64,000 bases of DNA from Candidatus Marinacidobacterales bacterium. GTDB lineage: Bacteria > Acidobacteriota > Vicinamibacteria > Marinacidobacterales > DATDRI01. Numbering within the stretch: position 1 is the first letter of the stretch; every line of letters starts with the position of its first letter. The notes under the pieces were generated by a model. It made no database searches, was not told the DNA's origin, and was given only the letters and a program-made list of their open reading frames with translations. The translations under genes and the position numbers were made by a program. Shown piece by piece: positions 58,882 through 64,000 of the stretch. The stretch is taken from the NCBI GenBank assembly GCA_965226495.1, contig OZ245365.1:2912001-2976000 (forward strand), in the 5' to 3' direction.

Positions 58882-60087
58882 ATGGCAAACATCGCGTCCG
58901 CGCGTACTTGGTTTCCCGGGGTACGCGAAGGGGTCTACCTCGACACAGCAAACTTCGGACTATTGGCTTCACCGGTCGTCGATGCGATTTCTGAGCAGAC
59001 TCGCGAGCTTACAACGATCCCGAAAAAGGGGGCCGACCATCGATGGTTCGCGTTGGAAACCGCGTCTGCGTCTGCACGCCTAGCGGTTGGGCGACTGATC
59101 GGCGCTCAAACCCCTCGTATTGCACTGGTCGAGTCTACGAGCCATGGACTTCAGATCGCAGCAGCATCCATTCCTCTGGCCGCAGGCGACGAGGTCTTGA
59201 TCGCGGATTGGGACTTCGTTGGTCTGTCGCTCGTTTGGCGCTCGGCCGTCGAACAAAAGGGCATTTCGGTTCGCACGGTCGACCTCGGTCAGTCCTCCGA
59301 TCCGACCGCATCCTTGGTGTCCGTCTTGCGTCCGGAAACACGTGTGGTGTGTACCAGCTCCGTTTCGGAAAACCACGGCTTCCGCCTGAATCTTGCCGAG
59401 CTAGGGACGGCCTGCCAAACAAGCGGATGCTGGCTAGTCCTCGATGTCATGCAGGAAGCGGGAGCTCGGCAACTAAAATTGGAACGAACTGCGGTGGACT
59501 TCGCGTCGGCAGGTGGTCACAAATGGCTGGGCTGCCCTTTCGGATCGGGATTTCTGTACGTAGGCGAGAACCGTTTCGATGAACTGATCGCCCCGACCGT
59601 TGGTTACCTCGGAATCGAGGAACCTCTTGAAGGATGGGGAGACTATTTGAGCTCACCGCTGGCCGGACCGCTCGACAAGCTTCCACGGCGACGCCACGGA
59701 CAGGCTCTTGAGATCGGGGGAACTCCGAATTTCCCTGGTCGTTTGGCTCTCGCCACTTCGTGTGGCCTCATGAACCAAGTTGGCATCGAGGCTATCGAGC
59801 AACATGTTTTGAGTCTGTCCGGACTTCTCTGGGACGAGTTGTCGACCTCCGACCTCGGCCTGAAGATGGTGACTCCGCGTGAGGACCAGTCCCGTGCAGG
59901 CATCGTCACGTTCTCGCTGGGCCAGCACGAGCGAGATCGCGACTTGGCCAAGAACCTAGCGAGCCGCGGCGTACACGTCTCTTGTCGTTACCGTCAAAGC
60001 ATCGGTGGCGTTCGTCTCTCGGTCCATTTCTACAACAATCGGCAGGACATCGAAGATTTTCTAAACGCGTTGGCCGACGCGAGTTAG
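58882..60087 (+). CDS. class V PLP aminotransferase (cysteine desulfurase/Sec lyase/kynureninase superfamily)
   Basis: YLDTA, LDVMQ, GHKWLGCP.G.GFLYV, E.GGT, RLSVHFYN. Confidence 0.88.
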   Translation: MANIASARTWFPGVREGVYLDTANFGLLASPVVDAISEQTRELTTIPKKGADHRWFALETASASARLAVGRLIGAQTPRIALVESTSHGLQIAAASIPLAAGDEVLIADWDFVGLSLVWRSAVEQKGISVRTVDLGQSSDPTASLVSVLRPETRVVCTSSVSENHGFRLNLAELGTACQTSGCWLVLDVMQEAGARQLKLERTAVDFASAGGHKWLGCPFGSGFLYVGENRFDELIAPTVGYLGIEEPLEGWGDYLSSPLAGPLDKLPRRRHGQALEIGGTPNFPGRLALATSCGLMNQVGIEAIEQHVLSLSGLLWDELSTSDLGLKMVTPREDQSRAGIVTFSLGQHERDRDLAKNLASRGVHVSCRYRQSIGGVRLSVHFYNNRQDIEDFLNALADAS

Positions 60088-60143
60088 CGCCCACCGTTTG
60101 CGGTGACAACTATGATAGGGTCGCACGTACACTGGAGGAACAA

Positions 60144-60581
60144 ATGCTAGAGTCCGGTAGTCAAGCGCCAGATTTCGCAGTTCAGGATCACACCGGGAAG
60201 ACAGTCAAGCTTTCAGATTTTGCTGGTAAGCACGTCGCCTTGTGGTTCTACCCCAAGGCGGATACGCCTGGGTGAACTGCCGAGGGTTGCGGGTTCCGCG
60301 ACCGAATCCAACAGTACGACGACAAGGGTGTCCAGATTCTCGGAATCAGTTTCGATACGGCTGAGGCCAATGCTGCCTTCGCCAAGAAGTTCGACTTTAA
60401 CTTCCCTTTACTTTGCGATACGGACCGCGCGGTCGGCTTGGCCTATGGAGCCTGCGACAACGCCGACGCTCAGCACGCAAAACGGATCAGCTATCTCATC
60501 GACGGCGAGGGCAAGCTCGTGAAGGCGTATCCGAACGTGGACGCCGCCAAGCACCCGGAGGAGGTGCTGAAAGATCTCTAG
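60144..60581 (+). CDS. bcp: BCP/PrxQ peroxiredoxin, selenoprotein (UGA at 60273-60275)
   Basis: FYPKADTPG-U-TAEGC; the frame continues GISFD, FPLLCD, KRISYLID to TAG 60581; GGAGG RBS. Confidence 0.9.
60285..60303 (+). promoter_or_regulatory. bacterial SECIS-like stem-loop
   Basis: GGTTGCGG-GTT-CCGCGACC starting 10 nt after the in-frame UGA. Confidence 0.65.
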
Positions 60582-60616
60582 GGAGAGCGTTCACTCCCTC
60601 TCCCCTAGGGAACTGT

Positions 60617-60737
60617 AGCCGTCAAAATAGGCCGTGCCCAAGAGGAACGTGGCCAGACGGCGGGTGAGGACCCAGCCCAAGAGGGCGTTCAGCCGTCAAA
60701 ATAGGCCGTGCCAAGGAGCAAAGTAGCCAGACGGCGG
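60617..60737. repeat. two 47-bp direct-repeat hairpin units
   Basis: AGCCGTCAAAATAGGCCGTGCC...GCCAGACGGCGG at 60617-60663 and 60691-60737. Confidence 0.85.
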
Positions 60738-60744
60738 TCTTGCC

Positions 60745-61527
60745 TCACTCCTTGAGAAAAGTTACCCAGTCATCGAAATCGCCGTCCCCGACGACCGAGC
60801 CGGGGTCCGTGTCGGGGCCAGGATCGTAGATGAACCTGCCGCTGCCACTCGGCCTGTTTGTGGGACGCACCGGGCCCGCATGCGTGGAACTCGAGACCCA
60901 TCGCCTCAGAGCGGCGCGCGGGTTGACGACCCGTGCAACTGGGTCGTTGTCGAAATGCCAGCGGAAGGTTTTGACCTCTTCCAAGATATCCAGGTTGGGA
61001 AAATCGGCGAACAGTTCATCAACGAACACCCGGTCCAGCTCTCGGTCGAATGGATATTTGGGAATCTGATACTCGAGGTACTCGAGAATTTTCGCCGGCG
61101 CCGATTCCGGGAGGGAGTGGCTGTTCGATTCTACGATTCCACTCGAGGCTAGGATTTCTTTCGACCCCAAGCGATTCAGATCTAGCGGGCCGGCGAATTG
61201 CACGCCGTTCAATGCGAGACCATGTGGTCCTGCACCGGAATCATCCTTTCCCCACACCACCCGGGCCTCGGTGTCATAGCAGACCTGGGGATAGAAACAG
61301 ATTCGAAGCCGCACGTCTTGCCCCGACGGAAGGCGCTCGTCGGCAACGATCCCTGCTCCGGAATCCGAGATATCGTTCACAATCCCGTACGTGGGAACGG
61401 GCCCATCCCCCTGAACCGTCTGCATCGTCAGCACTAAGAGCTTTCTCGGCATGAGACGCCGAAGAACTCGGTGCTCACGACGACGGAGCGTTTTTCGATT
61501 GCCCTCTTCGTACGCGGCCACAGGCAA
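60745..61527 (-). CDS. PilZ-domain protein with unnamed C-terminal helical domain
   Basis: RREHR (RxxxR), DISDSG (DxSxxG), ARVVW, GVQF; C-domain shared with the upstream gene. Confidence 0.8.
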   Translation of the reverse strand: MPVAAYEEGNRKTLRRREHRVLRRLMPRKLLVLTMQTVQGDGPVPTYGIVNDISDSGAGIVADERLPSGQDVRLRICFYPQVCYDTEARVVWGKDDSGAGPHGLALNGVQFAGPLDLNRLGSKEILASSGIVESNSHSLPESAPAKILEYLEYQIPKYPFDRELDRVFVDELFADFPNLDILEEVKTFRWHFDNDPVARVVNPRAALRRWVSSSTHAGPVRPTNRPSGSGRFIYDPGPDTDPGSVVGDGDFDDWVTFLKE

Positions 61528-61530
61528 CCC

Positions 61531-62358
61531 CTACGCTTTTCGTCCGTTGCCGTTGCCGTTGCTGTCGCCGTTGTGGTGGCCGCTACCGTTACCGTTCACG
61601 CAATCGGCCAGCCAGCGCCTAAGCGCGGAGCGCGGGCTAGCGAACTGCGAGACCGCCTGGCTGTCGTAGTGCCATCGGAAGGTCTTGACTTCCTCCAGAA
61701 TGTCGACTCCTGGAAAATCAGCCATCAATTCGACGATGAACTCGCAATCGAGCTTGCGTTCGAACGGATAGCCGGGAACCTGGTGCTCGAGGTACTCGAG
61801 AGTAGCTCGGGTCGTATCGTCCCCCCAGCTTCTCTCCTCGTAGAGCTTGGCCACATATTGCTCCAGGTAAGGTTCGAGCTCCCGACGGATCTGAGCGACC
61901 CCATCGAGCTTGCGCTCGAACGGATAGCCGGGAACCTGGTGCTCGAGGTACTCGAGAGTAGCTCGGGTCGTATCGTCCCCCCAGCTTCTCTCCTCGTAGA
62001 GCTTGGCCACATATTGCTCCAAGTAAGGTTCGAGCTCCCGACGGATCTGAGCGACCCCATCGTTGTAATCGAACTTCTCAGTGGAAAAAAGATGTTCGAT
62101 GTCCGGATCGATGATAATGTACGCGAGCTCTTCCTCGTCGGGCGGGTAGTTCTTCAGGAACCCGGGATTCATGATCTCCGTGAACAGGAGACGCCGCCTC
62201 AGTTCCTCGCGGTTGAGTGGCGATAGATCCGCGAAGAGCACTCCTTGAAGCGCGCCAACGATCTCGGACCTAGGGTCGAATCCGTCCGCGCTCCAAACGA
62301 TGTGGGCTTTTGTATCTAGAATCCTGTCACGCCCTTCACTAAGCACCATCGAGTTCAC
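61531..62358 (-). CDS. hypothetical protein with the same helical domain and an internal 52-aa duplication
   Basis: long ORF; 41/63 aa identical to the neighbour's C-domain; GTG start. Confidence 0.75.
   Translation of the reverse strand: MNSMVLSEGRDRILDTKAHIVWSADGFDPRSEIVGALQGVLFADLSPLNREELRRRLLFTEIMNPGFLKNYPPDEEELAYIIIDPDIEHLFSTEKFDYNDGVAQIRRELEPYLEQYVAKLYEERSWGDDTTRATLEYLEHQVPGYPFERKLDGVAQIRRELEPYLEQYVAKLYEERSWGDDTTRATLEYLEHQVPGYPFERKLDCEFIVELMADFPGVDILEEVKTFRWHYDSQAVSQFASPRSALRRWLADCVNGNGSGHHNGDSNGNGNGRKA
61747..62062. repeat. 156-bp tandem duplication (2 copies)
   Basis: copies start at 61747 and 61903; two synonymous differences seen. Confidence 0.92.
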
Positions 62359-62834
62359 AGAGCAGTGCCTTGGGCCAAGGTATGGTCAGTAATAAGGAAG
62401 GCGCCGGTCTCGGAAGGACTCCTTGTTCGACCCTGGTTCTTTGGCCGCTTGGTTGTCCAACGCCGGACATGTTGGAGACGGTACCGTGTGGCGATTTTCA
62501 GGTCGATTTTCAGGTCCGTGTAGAACCGCCGCGGATAGAGACCGAGCCGGCACGATACGGGGCCAAACCCGGGAATTTTCGGAGCTACGAACTGGTTGAA
62601 CCATTGCCCCCCCCTCTTTGGACTATGGCTCGGGGTCTGTCTGCCGATGATATGATGGCAACACCTCTAAATCCTATTCGGTGGGCGAGTTAGCGCACCG
62701 AGCACCCATGGAATTATTAGTTCGTCACACCCGCCGAAACGGATAGATAACGGTTAGCCTGGGTTGGGGTAGGCTTGCCTGTAATTTTTTACTTCAAACG
62801 GCTGCTGCATGTCAAATGACGGGCCGGAGGCCCG

Positions 62835-62920
62835 CCGGCCGGAGAGCCTTCAGCTGTCGCGGAGGCGCGCAGCCGCCGCAACGGCGAGCCTGGGGGTGGG
62901 GCCCCAGGCAACTAATAAAT
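62835..62920. repeat. dispersed hairpin repeat, divergent copy 4
   Basis: GAGCCTTCAGCTGT and GCCTGGGG-GTGGGG-CCCCAGGC modules. Confidence 0.7.
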
Positions 62921-62960
62921 GCCCCGACGGCCCGTGCCCGGCGCAGGGCAACGCGCGCAT

Positions 62961-64000
62961 TCAGAACTGGGCCTCGAGGGTAACCACAGCGCTGATTCCC
63001 GGAGCTAGAACCGCCCGGCGGTCCCCGCTCACCGGATACGCCTCGTCCAAAAGGTTTCGCACCGAAAGGCGCAGAGAGCCCCACGAATTGAACTTCCAAC
63101 CCCCACCCAAATCCATGATGAAGTAAGCAGGCATTAGCCGTTCGGTCGGTCCCGGATCACTGTCGGCTGCGAACCATGCAACGCGGAGGAGGCCATACAC
63201 TTGGTCACCCATCTGCTGGCGTAGCTGCACCGTGATCCGCTCCGCAGGTATGTCGTCTAAGGGTTCGTCGTCGTCGAGCGCTACGCCGGTCTCGAGCTGA
63301 GCACCGAACTCCAGAGTCAAGTCTGGTGTTAGTTCCGCTTGCGCTTCCACTTCGAGTCCTTGCAGTCGCGCTTCGCCGCGATTGCGAAAAAAGAAGAGTC
63401 CATCCCCTTTTTCGAACCGCTCGACGAGATCGTCTATGTCGTATCGGTAGACGAAAAATGCCCAGCGGAACTTCTCTCGCCCGGAACGTAAAGCCACGTC
63501 GAACTGAAGAGAGGTCTCCGGCTCTAGATCAGGATTTCCGAAAGCGACTCCTCGCCCGGTGACTCCTTTGAAGTACCGATCAGAAAGAAACGGGTCTCGG
63601 AAGCCCCGCGAGACCTGCCCGGTCAAATGGAGTCGCGAAACGAGCTCGACTCGGAGCGAGCCGTATCCGGAGACTGCGTTGTTGCTCGTCGACTGGTCAC
63701 CAAAGAAACCGCCCCGATTGGCGCTCGTCAAATGATCGAACCTCAGCCCACCCCAAGCGCTCACTCGCCTGCCTAGCATGATCTCGGCATTCGCGTAGAC
63801 TGCGGTATCGGAGCGATTCGCATTCTCGACAGCCGTCTGCCCGGCTTGGAAACGAATTCCTTCCGAGGCATCGATGATGGCCTCCGAATCCAAGGCCTCG
63901 AGGTCGAAGCGGCCGTTCACGTCGAAGCCCAACTCGAGTCGGGATGGTCCCACGGGACGTACGGCGAGGGCTCGAAAACTGAAATCATTGGCCGACACGT
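62961..64000 (-). CDS. TonB-dependent receptor, C-terminal part (5' end outside window)
   Basis: GLRFD, SRGFR.P, GNPDLEPE, VRNLLD..Y, terminal Phe. Confidence 0.92.
   Translation of the reverse strand, partial: VSANDFSFRALAVRPVGPSRLELGFDVNGRFDLEALDSEAIIDASEGIRFQAGQTAVENANRSDTAVYANAEIMLGRRVSAWGGLRFDHLTSANRGGFFGDQSTSNNAVSGYGSLRVELVSRLHLTGQVSRGFRDPFLSDRYFKGVTGRGVAFGNPDLEPETSLQFDVALRSGREKFRWAFFVYRYDIDDLVERFEKGDGLFFFRNRGEARLQGLEVEAQAELTPDLTLEFGAQLETGVALDDDEPLDDIPAERITVQLRQQMGDQVYGLLRVAWFAADSDPGPTERLMPAYFIMDLGGGWKFNSWGSLRLSVRNLLDEAYPVSGDRRAVLAPGISAVVTLEAQF

Noticed and set aside
60617-60737. CRISPR array
   Set aside because: Only two units, with internal variation, no leader and no cas genes.
62492-62515. 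Tandem 12-mer CGATTTTCAGGT upstream of the PilZ operon; riboswitch considered
   Set aside because: No recognisable c-di-GMP or other riboswitch consensus; could be simple slippage.
342-63562. Numerous overlapping antisense or alternative-frame ORFs in the track (e.g. 342-1136, 31373-32146, 52554-53579, 61471-62226)
   Set aside because: Shadow ORFs of well-supported genes in GC-rich DNA, with no recognisable motifs.

Overview
GC-rich bacterial chromosomal window; the gene content and intergenic GGGGGTGGGGCCCC hairpin repeats suggest Acidobacteriota (Vicinamibacteria-like), which is inference only. Most of it is housekeeping and envelope genes: lexA-DUF3467-inactive DinB-like, gspA/gspB-like, addB-addA, peptidases, transporters, a lipid-carrier glycosylation locus and a partial TonB-dependent receptor. 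There are two IS elements (IS256, and an IS30 inserted in a tail-collar gene) and several pseudogenes (ubiG-like, msrP, duplicated gene fragments). Highlights: (1) a mosaic accessory region downstream of addA, bounded by diverged copies of the addA 3' end and of a membrane-protein gene, carrying a sigma54/enhancer-driven PEP-CTERM gene, three phage tail-collar genes, two DUF6916-like genes (one Tat-exported with a poly-Arg tract), a GNAT and a PRMT-like methyltransferase; (2) a selenocysteine BCP peroxiredoxin with in-frame UGA and SECIS-like hairpin, broken in the ORF track; (3) two adjacent genes sharing an unnamed ~63-aa helical domain, one fused to PilZ; (4) a covarying dispersed hairpin repeat family. 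No rRNA, tRNA or CRISPR array was recognised. All family calls come from motif recognition by eye, not database searches.
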